Shown here: piece after piece, positions 1 through 9,132 of the stretch
Layout of the letters: every line of letters begins with the position of its first letter
Numbering within the stretch: the first letter of the stretch is position 1
DNA from: a virus
Taxonomy: Duplodnaviria > Caudoviricetes
DNA: 34,160 bases
Virus record (IMG/VR): IMGVR_UViG_3300025838_000088
Location: 1 to 34,160 of that record
Direction: 5' to 3' (one strand)
Notes under the pieces: model-generated
The model's database searches: none
Told to the model about the DNA's origin: nothing
What the model saw: only the letters and a program-made list of their open reading frames with translations
Position numbers and translations under genes: made by a program

Positions 1-302
1 AAAACCGGAACGGCATTAGATTTATGCATTGTGGCAATACCTTTTACCATTGTTCCCGTATATATCTTAGGTGGCGCTTTAGTTGCAACACCTCCGCCAG
101 TATCCAATGATTGGATTTTTCTGGTTTCACGGACATAAACGCCTTGGACTACAGGAGATTTGATTTGTGGTAACATTTTTGTTTTGCTCAAAGATTTAGG
201 CTTCATATCCTCGATGGATTTAAGCCAAGCATCATAATCAGCTTGTTGCTGCTTAGGGACTTTACGTTTTTTAGTTTTGGGAACTTTTAAATGGATAAAC
301 AT
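1..302 (-). CDS. Conserved T4-like hypothetical protein (3' end outside the window; not in the ORF track)
   Basis: Manual translation MFIHFKVPKTKKRK...KIYTGTMVKGIATMHKSNAVPV stays open to the window edge. GGAG SD upstream of ATG 302; lies directly behind a consensus sigma70 promoter. Confidence 0.8.
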   Translation of the reverse strand, partial: MFIHLKVPKTKKRKVPKQQQADYDAWLKSIEDMKPKSLSKTKMLPQIKSPVVQGVYVRETRKIQSLDTGGGVATKAPPKIYTGTMVKGIATMHKSNAVPV

Positions 303-326
303 GATATAACTCCAAACACAATATCC

Positions 327-355
327 ATTATACAAGGTATAAGACTGTTTGTCAA
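327..355 (-). promoter_or_regulatory. Sigma70-type (early) promoter
   Basis: Minus strand reads TTGACA (355-350), a 17 bp spacer, then TATAAT (332-327); intergenic. Confidence 0.9.
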
Positions 356-361
356 GCGTTT

Positions 362-377
362 GTTGCATTAATACAAC
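362..377. promoter_or_regulatory. Imperfect palindrome GTTGcATTAATaCAAC, candidate regulator site
   Basis: 14/16 dyad symmetry, 6 bp upstream of the -35 box. Confidence 0.45.
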
Positions 378-544
378 GATTTTTTATTCTTATTTCCCAT
401 TTTAACCATTTCTTGTCCGGTATAGTCCATATCCGTGAAATGTTTAAGATTTTTATTCTGCTTAAAGCTCTTTTGTTTCTTCTGGACTTTATAATCATCA
501 AAAGAATCACGTTCCTTCCGGAACTTAGCTACAAATTTCGACAC
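368..544 (-). CDS. Small basic hypothetical protein, 58 aa (below the ORF-track cutoff)
   Basis: AGGAG SD, GTG start, MSKFVAKFRKERDSFDDY...NKKSLY*; fills the gap between neighbouring features. Confidence 0.7.
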   Translation of the reverse strand: MSKFVAKFRKERDSFDDYKVQKKQKSFKQNKNLKHFTDMDYTGQEMVKMGNKNKKSLY

Positions 545-549
545 TTTTA

Positions 550-927
550 TTACTCCTGCCTCATTGTTATAAATGTTACACCACGGACTTTGGTTTCGGG
601 TGTATTCTCCATGTTTTCTTCAGACACATAGAATATTTGTGCTGAAGGATAACAAGATTTTACTAATCTTAATAATTGTATTGCTGTACCATCTACATCA
701 TTGTAATCAAAAATTTCATCGACACAATTTATAGATTCCATAAGGCTCCGGCGAGTTTGATAATCAAATGCACAGAGACCTGTTTTTCTTGCAACAACTA
801 AATCCGAATTTAAGCCAACTATTAGCCAATCGGATTTAGATTTACATATTTTTAAGAATGATAGTTCATCTGGCGATAATGGATCAAAACAACCAGAAAC
901 AACTGCTATTTTTTCTCGTTTCATCAT
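550..927 (-). CDS. Cytidylyltransferase-like (TagD/RfaE-C-type) protein with degenerate HxGH motif
   Basis: VVSGCFDPL..., LIVGLNSD, R..LMESINCVDEI motifs; the expected HxGH reads SPDE. Confidence 0.75.
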   Translation of the reverse strand: MMKREKIAVVSGCFDPLSPDELSFLKICKSKSDWLIVGLNSDLVVARKTGLCAFDYQTRRSLMESINCVDEIFDYNDVDGTAIQLLRLVKSCYPSAQIFYVSEENMENTPETKVRGVTFITMRQE

Positions 928-1349
928 TATGGTATTAGGTTTGGAAATGCCTCTTTGACAAATTTGTAGTCTAGTCCTCTAACACCTAAATCTTTATTGA
1001 AAATACCCATAACAACTTCTGCTTCCCTTGGTTCCAAGTTTTGTAGGAACTCCCATAACAACTGAGCACGTTTTTTGTCGGTCAATTTATCTGCGGTCGG
1101 ATCACCTTTACGAAACATGTACAACTTACGAATTTCAGTTGTCAATTGAGCATATCCCATTCCTGCTGGTATCTCTTTTGGTTGATAACTATCGGGAAGT
1201 TCTTTAATATACCAATCATATTGTGGATGAAAAGCTAATTGTAAAACTTCGGTTAATACCTTAGATAGATTTTGACCAATAACATTCATTCTATCTTTTT
1301 TGTTATTGGCTTTTTCGAACTCATCAAAAATTTCATATATGTTTTTCAT
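927..1349 (-). CDS. Conserved T4-like hypothetical protein
   Basis: 140 aa, coupled to rnh; EIRKLYMF, LEPREAEV..KDL..VKEAFP motifs recalled from T4-like phages. Confidence 0.7.
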   Translation of the reverse strand: MKNIYEIFDEFEKANNKKDRMNVIGQNLSKVLTEVLQLAFHPQYDWYIKELPDSYQPKEIPAGMGYAQLTTEIRKLYMFRKGDPTADKLTDKKRAQLLWEFLQNLEPREAEVVMGIFNKDLGVRGLDYKFVKEAFPNLIP

Positions 1350-2200
1350 TAAAATTCCTCAATCACATCCATTAGATTTTTCAGTTTATGTTCCATGAAG
1401 TAGTTCAACATCTTTTGTTTAGATGCTGGTTTGATATCTTCATATGTATTTATAATTTTGGTCCTTATATCTTCTGGAATAAAAGTCAAGTCAATTAGTG
1501 TTTGATTACGTGAGAAACCAATTTTTGCTAATTCATCAGTCCATTCCGTATTTGATCCACTAAGTAATTTGTCCATGATACCTTTTGTAATAGGCTTTTG
1601 TCTTAGGTCACGGACAAAGCAATCGCCTGGTGAAAAGATGTTAGGAATACCATCACCTTTATCACCACGAATAATTTTCTCTTTTAGTTCACGAGCAGGA
1701 TCTTCCGATTTCAAATACTTCTTCAAAGCCGGATTGTATTGTTTAACATTGCTACCATAACGTTGTAATTGTAAGAAATCACCATCACTAGAAAGAATCA
1801 AAACTTTTTCATGAGCTGCATACAAAGGAACCAAAGTACCAATAACGTCATCTGCTTCCGCACCATCAACATCAATGACTTTATATGGAAAATTATCTTT
1901 CAATTCAGCTTTGAATTTGGCCAACATATCAAATATCAAGTGCCAGTCTAATGCAGACTTCTCACGGGATTTTTTACGACCGGCCTTGTAGTGTGGAAAG
2001 AACTCCTTGCGCCAATATTTACGGTTGTCACAACAGAGTATTACTTCTCCATATTCTTTACGGAACGTTCTTAGGTGCATCCTGAGAATGTTTAGAACCA
2101 TGTGTCGGATTAAGTCTTCTTCCAACTTAACGCCTTTTTGATTTGAGATTTGAGCCATGAGTCCCGCTAGAAGGACTTGGTTTAGGTCAACGAGAATCAT
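1349..2200 (-). CDS. rnh: T4-type RNase H (5'-3' flap exonuclease)
   Basis: ILVDLNQ, YWRK..FPHYKAGRKK, EADDVIG, SSDGDFLQL, GDKGDGIPN motifs; start moved to MILVD. Confidence 0.95.
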   Translation of the reverse strand: MILVDLNQVLLAGLMAQISNQKGVKLEEDLIRHMVLNILRMHLRTFRKEYGEVILCCDNRKYWRKEFFPHYKAGRKKSREKSALDWHLIFDMLAKFKAELKDNFPYKVIDVDGAEADDVIGTLVPLYAAHEKVLILSSDGDFLQLQRYGSNVKQYNPALKKYLKSEDPARELKEKIIRGDKGDGIPNIFSPGDCFVRDLRQKPITKGIMDKLLSGSNTEWTDELAKIGFSRNQTLIDLTFIPEDIRTKIINTYEDIKPASKQKMLNYFMEHKLKNLMDVIEEF

Positions 2201-2228
2201 TATATAATCCAATAATTAAAATACTATC

Positions 2229-2576
2229 CTAACACAACGCTTTGATTTTGTCAAATGTATCTTCAACAAATTCCTTGGATGTTGTTGTTTTCCTGCAAAT
2301 AATACCATACCAATCATCAGGAATTAATGTTGACATATATTCTAGTGGTGCCATCAAAATTGCTTCAAATTTATCCAAATGAATTGGATTTCCCTTTTTA
2401 TCATATTTAAATAATATTATGTGGTAACAATCACCACTAGCACTTCCATCTAATTTTATTCCTGGATCATTAAGTATATTTCCTTGAATACACATTTGAC
2501 CTTTTTTGTCATCATGTGGTAAAAAGAAAAAGGTATCATAATCCTCATCAGCTAGATGCTTTAAGTAATCTTTCAT
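2229..2576 (-). CDS. Hypothetical protein
   Basis: 115 aa ORF in the operon; no recognisable motif. Confidence 0.6.
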   Translation of the reverse strand: MKDYLKHLADEDYDTFFFLPHDDKKGQMCIQGNILNDPGIKLDGSASGDCYHIILFKYDKKGNPIHLDKFEAILMAPLEYMSTLIPDDWYGIICRKTTTSKEFVEDTFDKIKALC

Positions 2577-2979
2577 TGTAGTCCTTGATATGTGATTTTC
2601 TCACTCTAACCATAATCCAACTATTGTAATAGTCATTACTTTCCATTACATTGTTTGCAAATTGTTCTTTTGCTTCAAGATAACTACACTCTCCTTTGGA
2701 TTTGCAAAGATGTAATATTTCCCTATGGAACTTATCCTGTCCATACATTATAACATCTTTTTGCAATTCGTCACTACTTCCGAAGTAAGTTTGCCAATCT
2801 GATGGCACTTTAAATCGTTTCTTTTTACCTTTAACCTGTTTTGTCTTAGAGAACCAGAATAACTTCTTACCAATGTATTTCCGGTTATTCTCTAAGTTGG
2901 TTATAAGATAAACAAATCCATAACTGTCACCAATTTGTTCTTCTGTGAAATCTGTATTTTTATATTGCCAAGTTACCAT
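2548..2979 (-). CDS. Stand-alone GIY-YIG endonuclease
   Basis: GFVYLITN..NRKYIGKK, later YFGSS, a conserved E (YLE) and YYN. Confidence 0.85.
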   Translation of the reverse strand: MVTWQYKNTDFTEEQIGDSYGFVYLITNLENNRKYIGKKLFWFSKTKQVKGKKKRFKVPSDWQTYFGSSDELQKDVIMYGQDKFHREILHLCKSKGECSYLEAKEQFANNVMESNDYYNSWIMVRVRKSHIKDYNERLLKASS

Positions 2980-3155
2980 TCATCGTTCTCATCAAGGTCA
3001 TCATCCTCTATATATTCTTCGGATAATTCCTCGATGGTTTCGCCACAAAATGGGCAATGCTCTGGTAACTCTGTAGATACTAATTGTTCAACATATTCTA
3101 CTGCATAAGTTGATTCGCAGTTTAGGCATTCACCTGATATTACTTTGTTTGTCAT
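2973..3155 (-). CDS. Small zinc-ribbon protein with acidic tail
   Basis: CLNC...CPFCG followed by an E/D-rich C-terminus. Confidence 0.75.
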   Translation of the reverse strand: MTNKVISGECLNCESTYAVEYVEQLVSTELPEHCPFCGETIEELSEEYIEDDDLDENDEW

Positions 3156-3184
3156 TTTTATTCTTCTTATTGTAATTTAAAAAT

Positions 3185-4171
3185 TCAATTGGCCCAAACA
3201 TCAGACCAATCACCAGATAGAGCACCTTTTGCATAATCGGTTGCTCGATTCTCAAAAAAGTTTGTATGTGTTGGTGCATTAATCATCTCTTCAACCCAAG
3301 GTAAAGGATTACGTTTCACCTTAAACACACCTTTGAGTCCTAATGAAATCAATCGTCTATCAGCAATGTAACGAATATACTTCTTCACATCTTCTGGTGA
3401 CAATTCTTCCATTGGTCCCATTTGGAAAGCCAAGTCAATAAACTTGTCTTCAAGTTCAACCATCTTTTCTGCAATAGTGTATATACGACCTTTTAATTCA
3501 TCAGTCCATATTTCACGATTTTCTTCTATGTATGTTCTAAACAGTTTAATCATGTTCTCAGCATGTTGTGTTTCATCAACAATAGACCATGTAACAATTT
3601 GACCCATGCCTTTCATTTTACCATGACGTGGAAAATTCAATAACATAATGAAAGAGGAGAATAACTGCATCCCTTCAGTAAAAGCACTGAACACGGCGAT
3701 ATGGGTTGCAGTATTCTCTTTAGTCGTATTTTGCTTAGATATGTCAAGTACATAATCATGTTTCTCAACCATCTCTTTGTATTCCATGAAATCGTTATAT
3801 GTTGTTTCAGGTAAGCCAAGAGTTTCAATCAAATGGGAATAAGCAGCAATATGCAAAGCCTCACGAGCAGCAAAGCCCATGAGCATCATTCTTATCTCTG
3901 GTTGTGGAAAATAGGGTAGATAATTCCTAACGTACCCACCGGCAACGTCAATGTCTCCTTGAGTAAAGAATCTAAAGATGTGTGTGAGAAACTGTTTCTC
4001 TTCTGCTGTAAGTTTCTTTTTCCAATCTTTTGTATCCTCGAGCATAGGTACTTCTGTGTGAAGCCAATGAGACTGTTCGTGTTTAAGCCATGCATCGTAA
4101 GCCCAAGCATAGTTGAATGGCTTAAAGTATGTTCTTTCATCTGTAATCCTTGAATCTGTTTTCTTAATCAT
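3185..4171 (-). CDS. nrdB: Class Ia ribonucleotide reductase beta subunit
   Basis: FFTQGD, REALHIAAY (E/H ligands plus radical Tyr), FTEG, DETQH, NFFE..ATDY; start at MIKK with AAGGA SD. Confidence 0.96.
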   Translation of the reverse strand: MIKKTDSRITDERTYFKPFNYAWAYDAWLKHEQSHWLHTEVPMLEDTKDWKKKLTAEEKQFLTHIFRFFTQGDIDVAGGYVRNYLPYFPQPEIRMMLMGFAAREALHIAAYSHLIETLGLPETTYNDFMEYKEMVEKHDYVLDISKQNTTKENTATHIAVFSAFTEGMQLFSSFIMLLNFPRHGKMKGMGQIVTWSIVDETQHAENMIKLFRTYIEENREIWTDELKGRIYTIAEKMVELEDKFIDLAFQMGPMEELSPEDVKKYIRYIADRRLISLGLKGVFKVKRNPLPWVEEMINAPTHTNFFENRATDYAKGALSGDWSDVWAN

Positions 4172-4173
4172 TT

Positions 4174-5979
4174 TTATCCTTCGCAAGCTATACAATCGTT
4201 ACCTTGAGCAATTTGTTCCATGTCTAACTCTTTAATAACTTGTCGTTCAATTTTCTTAGAGACTTTATCTGCCTTACCAATCTTTTCTGAACGGCAATAA
4301 TATAAAGTTTTCAATCCTTTTTTCCATGCCATAAAGTGAATAGCGTGAATGTATTTGATGTGTGCATCTGGTCTAAAGAATAGATTCAACGATTGCGCTT
4401 GGTCAATATGTTGTTGTCTATCACCAGCTAATTCAATCACCCAACGTTGGTCAATCTCCATAGATGTTTTGAATACTGCCTTCTCATTCTCATCAAGAAT
4501 GTCTAAGTGTTGTACCGAACCATCATTAGCAATGATTGATGACCAAATATCATTATATTCATTTTGTGAAATTGTACCACTTTCATTTGATAATTTATCT
4601 TGAATGAGTTTATCCAACCAACGATTCTTGTTTAAGAAAGAACCTGATAGAGTATCTTGACGGTAAGCATTTGCCCGATAAGGTTCAATGCTAGGGCTAG
4701 TATTACCCATGATAATGGAAGAACTTGCATTAGGAGCAATGGCCATAAGATGAGAAAAGCGGTTCCCAGTACCGACAGCATCAGGAGCTTCACCACGTTG
4801 TCGTCCCAATTCTTTGTTTGCGGCATCCAATTTACTCCTTATATTTTTAAATATTCGGTTGTTCTCAACTTTAGCCATTACACCTTCAAATGCTATTTTG
4901 TTTTTCTGTAGATATGCGTGAAAGCCCAAAGCACCAATACCGATAGAGCGCTCACGACTAGCTGAGTATCGTGCTCTTTCAATACTACTAGGAGCATTAT
5001 CAATGAAATACTGAAGGACATTATCGAGCATCTCAGCTACGTCACGGAGAAAAAGTTTGTCATTTTTCCAATCATCATAAGTCTCCAAATTCAATGAAGA
5101 TAGGCAACACACAGCAGTACGATGTTCATTTGTTGGTAGAATAATTTCTGAACAAAGATTTGATTGTGTAATCTTTAGGCCTTTATCTTTCAAATGTTGT
5201 GGCATCATTCTGTTACTTGTATCAACATAGTGAATATATGGTTCACCAGTATGCATACGAATTTCTAGAATCATTTGCCACAGCATTTTGGCCGATACAA
5301 CTTCTCTTACTTCAAATGAATGTGGATCAATCAACGGCCATGAGTCATCGAAATTAGGATCCAACATACTCTGTTCAATGATATGCATGAACTTATCGGT
5401 GATATTAACACCATGATGCAAGTTTAAGCATCTGACGTTAGGATCTCCAGTAGGCTTACGCATTTCCAGAAAAGGTATAATATCGGGATGACTAATATCA
5501 AGATAGGCAGCATAACTGCCACGGCGAGTACGACCTTGACGGTACGCCAAAGATGACGCATCGTAAATTTTGAGGTGCGGCATAATACCTGTAGACTTGT
5601 CATCAGCAGACCTAATGCCAAAGCCAATACCAACTCCACCCCCGAGCATAGAAAGCCAATTTGTTTCTGATAAGTTTTCAACTAAACCCTCCGCTGTATC
5701 TTCAATGTAATTAAGGAAACATGATATAGGCAAACCACGCTTAGAGCGACCAAAAGAAAGAATGGGAGTGCTATAAGAGAGCCAATGCTTACTAGAATAT
5801 TCGTATAATCTCTGTGCATGTTCTTGGCTACTGCTAAAGGTCTTTGATACAAAGGCGAATCTGTGTTGTGGGCTTGTTTCATCATCTTTCATGTACGATT
5901 CTTGTAATCGTTTTAATCCTAGTTCATCAAAAAGTTTATCTCGTTCTAAATCTATATTAATACCCAGATACTCTGTCAT
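4174..5979 (-). CDS. nrdA: Class I ribonucleotide reductase alpha subunit (no ATP cone)
   Basis: PISCFL, SNLCSEI, VCCLSS, APNASSS, DQAQSLN, KTLYYCRS and C-terminal CIAC; start at MTEYL. Confidence 0.97.
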   Translation of the reverse strand: MTEYLGINIDLERDKLFDELGLKRLQESYMKDDETSPQHRFAFVSKTFSSSQEHAQRLYEYSSKHWLSYSTPILSFGRSKRGLPISCFLNYIEDTAEGLVENLSETNWLSMLGGGVGIGFGIRSADDKSTGIMPHLKIYDASSLAYRQGRTRRGSYAAYLDISHPDIIPFLEMRKPTGDPNVRCLNLHHGVNITDKFMHIIEQSMLDPNFDDSWPLIDPHSFEVREVVSAKMLWQMILEIRMHTGEPYIHYVDTSNRMMPQHLKDKGLKITQSNLCSEIILPTNEHRTAVCCLSSLNLETYDDWKNDKLFLRDVAEMLDNVLQYFIDNAPSSIERARYSASRERSIGIGALGFHAYLQKNKIAFEGVMAKVENNRIFKNIRSKLDAANKELGRQRGEAPDAVGTGNRFSHLMAIAPNASSSIIMGNTSPSIEPYRANAYRQDTLSGSFLNKNRWLDKLIQDKLSNESGTISQNEYNDIWSSIIANDGSVQHLDILDENEKAVFKTSMEIDQRWVIELAGDRQQHIDQAQSLNLFFRPDAHIKYIHAIHFMAWKKGLKTLYYCRSEKIGKADKVSKKIERQVIKELDMEQIAQGNDCIACEG

Positions 5980-5996
5980 ATTTTGTTGCCTTATTA

Positions 5997-6344
5997 TTAT
6001 TTTACAAATTTTACTAAATCGGGTGGTGTCCAACCTTCTGGCTTCAACACTTTACCATCTTCTCTCTTTTTTACCTTACCAGTCACTGGATCAATCTTCC
6101 AAAAATTAGATGTTGCAACTTCATTCCATGCACCGTGTACATCATAACCCTTCATGTAACAAAATCCAAGAATAACCCAAATCATATCCATGCAAGCATC
6201 AAGTTTTTCAACCTCGTCATCTTTATTGTTTGCTTGAATAAACTCACTAAATTCTTCAACAATCAAACTACGATATAAACTTGCATTACTAACAGATTTT
6301 TCTTGGTCACACGCTTCAATAAATTTCACGACATCATTATACAT
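5997..6344 (-). CDS. MazG-like all-alpha NTP pyrophosphohydrolase
   Basis: LIVEEFSE...EKLDACMD acidic helices; V..SN..K; REDGKVLKPEGWTPPDL tail. Confidence 0.85.
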   Translation of the reverse strand: MYNDVVKFIEACDQEKSVSNASLYRSLIVEEFSEFIQANNKDDEVEKLDACMDMIWVILGFCYMKGYDVHGAWNEVATSNFWKIDPVTGKVKKREDGKVLKPEGWTPPDLVKFVK

Positions 6345-7002
6345 TTACAAATTCCTTAATCATTGGAAAAATAGGTTCAATCGCATCAGCACAAGCCAAT
6401 GCAACTTCACGATGTTCTTTTTGTGTTCCGTTTGCGCTTCGGAGTTGTATATAGTGTATCCAAGACCTCAAGGTTCCATTCATATACAACCTAGATTTTG
6501 TCATGCCTTCTGGCAAAATTGCTCTTGCTTGTTCTTTAGCTATGCCGTGGTCCAGAGCCCATTCATATGCTTCTTCAACTTTTTTAAGTATAGCACCTTG
6601 CATTAACTCCCACTGATACGCCAATCTCCTATCATCATCAATATTCAAATCGAATTCGGTACTATTTTGACGATTTTTTGTATCCTGATATCTTGCTTCT
6701 CTAGATTCAAAACCTAATTGTGAAGCATCTGCATATCTTTGGGAGAACTCTTGGAATGAGAAGGATCGATGCCTAAGAATCTGCCTAGCAATGTCTCTTG
6801 TGGTGTTAATCTCTAAACAAACATTCACCATCTCAAACGGAGACCAATGCTCGTTTTTAACAAGGTATCTTACTAATTTATCGGATGGTCCATCAGTATT
6901 TTGATTAGATGGATTTGAAACTCTGGCCACATACGCCACTTGGTCAACCAATTCTTTTCTGCTCATTAGATTTTGCGTGTAACTAATTAATTCAACATTC
7001 AT
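6337..7002 (-). CDS. thyX: Flavin-dependent thymidylate synthase
   Basis: HWSPFE, signature RHRSFSFQEFSQRY, EQARAILP. Confidence 0.97.
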   Translation of the reverse strand: MNVELISYTQNLMSRKELVDQVAYVARVSNPSNQNTDGPSDKLVRYLVKNEHWSPFEMVNVCLEINTTRDIARQILRHRSFSFQEFSQRYADASQLGFESREARYQDTKNRQNSTEFDLNIDDDRRLAYQWELMQGAILKKVEEAYEWALDHGIAKEQARAILPEGMTKSRLYMNGTLRSWIHYIQLRSANGTQKEHREVALACADAIEPIFPMIKEFVNV

Positions 7003-8003
7003 ACTTTTTTCCAGTTAATAAATTCCATTTTTGCCCTCAAGTTAATGAAGGATTGTTTTTCTATTATATCACACAATTCATCTTTGTCAAATCCTTGTAA
7101 TATCATTTCATTGACATCTTTTTCCTTAATCATTTCAGGCCATATTACCACATTGAAGTGGTTATCTATGGCATGTTCCATCAACTTGACAATTTCTTTA
7201 TTCCTTGGTTCATTGTCAAATACAAGTATGAGTTTTGACTTATCTAGGTACTCTGCGGCCGACTCCAAAGCGGAACTTGCAATAGCCACAGAATTCTTGA
7301 TGAACATAGAGTCAATTGGTCCTTCAAAGACATAAATCTTTTCTTCTCTATTCACACGGTCTAGGCCAAAGATTCTTGGAACGTCTTCCTGCACTTTGAT
7401 TGTGATGTAACGTAACTTTGACTGTGATAAAGACCTGCCTTGTATTCCGGTTAGATTTCTGTCTTTGTCATAGAATGGAATAACCAAGCGTTTGTCACCA
7501 CTAATCAGTCCCTCTTTTTCAACACCAATATCTTCTACAAACTTTTTAAAGTCTTCAGCATAGAATAAATCACCATGGAATTCTTCTGGTATTTTTCGAC
7601 TAATAACATATTCTTTAGCAAAATGACCATCGGGCAACCCATCAATTCTTTCCAAATTAATCTTCTTCTTAAATACAGGCAAAGATTTGGTTTCGGTGAA
7701 TTCTGGTGCTGGTGAATTAGTATTGGCTGATTGTTTATATCTTTCCAAGGAATACTCTTCACATAGGTTTGGATCAACCTGTTTCAGGAAGTTATAGAAT
7801 GATGTGGATGCACCACAGTTATGACACATGTAAAAGTAATCATTCTTTTTGCGGTAAACGTAACCACGGCTTTTGGTTTTGGTTTTCTGTGAGTCTCCAC
7901 AGAGAGGGCACCGAAAGTTATAAAGGTCGTCTTTTTTCTTTACGAACCGTTGTAACTTTGGTGAGAGTTCAAGCAGGAATCTACGGTCAACAAATACAGA
8001 CAT
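6999..8003 (-). CDS. gp61: DNA primase (T4 gp61-like)
   Basis: CPLCGDS...CHNC zinc finger; TOPRIM VFEGPIDS, FDNE, KDVNE. Confidence 0.95.
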   Translation of the reverse strand: MSVFVDRRFLLELSPKLQRFVKKKDDLYNFRCPLCGDSQKTKTKSRGYVYRKKNDYFYMCHNCGASTSFYNFLKQVDPNLCEEYSLERYKQSANTNSPAPEFTETKSLPVFKKKINLERIDGLPDGHFAKEYVISRKIPEEFHGDLFYAEDFKKFVEDIGVEKEGLISGDKRLVIPFYDKDRNLTGIQGRSLSQSKLRYITIKVQEDVPRIFGLDRVNREEKIYVFEGPIDSMFIKNSVAIASSALESAAEYLDKSKLILVFDNEPRNKEIVKLMEHAIDNHFNVVIWPEMIKEKDVNEMILQGFDKDELCDIIEKQSFINLRAKMEFINWKKV

Positions 8004-8019
8004 AATATACCAAAGAAGT

Positions 8020-8430
8020 TCATTTCAATGGTAGTATATCAAATTTTACATTAGAAAGCAACCATGAGACAACAAGTATGCCACCAACAATCATCCATTT
8101 CCATTGGAGAAGTTGTTCGATATTTTCTCTATCCTTGGTATTGTGTTGTTGCATATCTTTACGCAAACTTTGGATTTCTTCCAAAAGAGTCCTCTCGGAT
8201 ATTTGAACTTTATCCAAAACAATATCTATGCGCTCATGTAACTCTTTAATATCCATATCAGTCTCCTTACGTCTTGCATCTATGTTTTCATAGACTTTGA
8301 CCAGGTGACGGTCGTGTTGATCCACCAGTTTTTCTATTACTTGATCCATTTTTCCGCAAAGTGTAGTTAAGGTTGAGACTTGCGACTTTAGGACTCCAAC
8401 GTCTACACGGATATCGTCATCTAAAGTCAT
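8020..8430 (-). CDS. Coiled-coil protein with one C-terminal transmembrane helix
   Basis: Heptad-like body, then WKWMIVGGILVVSWLL; GAGG SD. Confidence 0.7.
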   Translation of the reverse strand: MTLDDDIRVDVGVLKSQVSTLTTLCGKMDQVIEKLVDQHDRHLVKVYENIDARRKETDMDIKELHERIDIVLDKVQISERTLLEEIQSLRKDMQQHNTKDRENIEQLLQWKWMIVGGILVVSWLLSNVKFDILPLK

Positions 8431-8469
8431 TTTTGACAGCCTCTTTCTTAATGCAATTTGCGTGACAGC

Positions 8470-8652
8470 TTATTTCTTTTCAGGCAATGCTGTGCCTTCA
8501 AGCTTCTTGTGGATCTTAATTACTTTACAAACTTCTTTTGTTTTACCTTTGGAATCAGTTTGTGTCTCACATACTTTTTTAGATTCAGCCTCAGCATGAA
8601 CCAAAACGAAAGGCACTAATGACATTACTATGGCTAATATGATTTTTCTCAT
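8470..8652 (-). CDS. Small secreted protein
   Basis: Signal peptide ending VHA; Cys pair flanking a probable hairpin. Confidence 0.65.
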   Translation of the reverse strand: MRKIILAIVMSLVPFVLVHAEAESKKVCETQTDSKGKTKEVCKVIKIHKKLEGTALPEKK

Positions 8653-8661
8653 GTTATTTCC

Positions 8662-9132
8662 TTAAATCGGTGGTTGTGGTGCTGGCGGAGGTGCTAACTT
8701 ACCATTGAAACCGGCAACTGGACTTGGTGCTGGTGTCGAATCTGGTGTTGGTGTTGATATTGGCGCAAATACTGTAGGTGTTGTAATCCCGCTTGGTGTG
8801 AAGGATGGAGTTGCTGGTGCGGGAGAAACTGGCGTTGGTCTGTTTGCTGCATTTAGTGCTTGTGCCTTTAAATCTTTATCACCACCAGCCAACATGATAC
8901 CAGATAGAGTACCAGTCAAGAATGTGGCAATTGGAATAATCATTTCGAAAAACTTTTGGTCAATTGGACTAATAGCGTTCAATGGTTGTGTGATAAAGAT
9001 AATTGAATAGAGTACAACAAAAACAATACCTGTCAATGTTAACGCTAGGCAAATACCAATGAAAAACTTAAGCCGAGACATAAGTTGGTCATCACTATAC
9101 ATGAAATGTACATTATTTTGTTGTTGGTCCAC
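8662..9132 (-). CDS. Two-TM membrane protein with Pro/Thr-rich tail (holin candidate)
   Basis: AAGGAG SD 6 nt before GTG 9132; TM1 FFIGICLALTLTGIVFVVLYSIIFI and TM2 MIIPIATFLTGTLSGIML. Confidence 0.7.
   Translation of the reverse strand: MDQQQNNVHFMYSDDQLMSRLKFFIGICLALTLTGIVFVVLYSIIFITQPLNAISPIDQKFFEMIIPIATFLTGTLSGIMLAGGDKDLKAQALNAANRPTPVSPAPATPSFTPSGITTPTVFAPISTPTPDSTPAPSPVAGFNGKLAPPPAPQPPI

Noticed and set aside
1447-1454. Perfect TATAAATA inside rnh
   Set aside because: It is intragenic, and a few chance hits are expected in AT-rich DNA; it could still drive downstream genes but has no support.
5424-5681. Alternative-frame ORF in nrdA starting MKTYQKQ (targeting-like) with GGAGG upstream
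   Set aside because: TTG start, lacks the F..E part of the motif, and overlaps a highly constrained catalytic region; likely chance.
3185-7002. Introns or inteins in nrdA, nrdB or thyX
   Set aside because: The frames are continuous and of normal length, with no splicing motifs.
8434-8469. Direct repeat GCTGTCA x2 in a short intergenic gap
   Set aside because: Only 7 bp, two copies and no other context.
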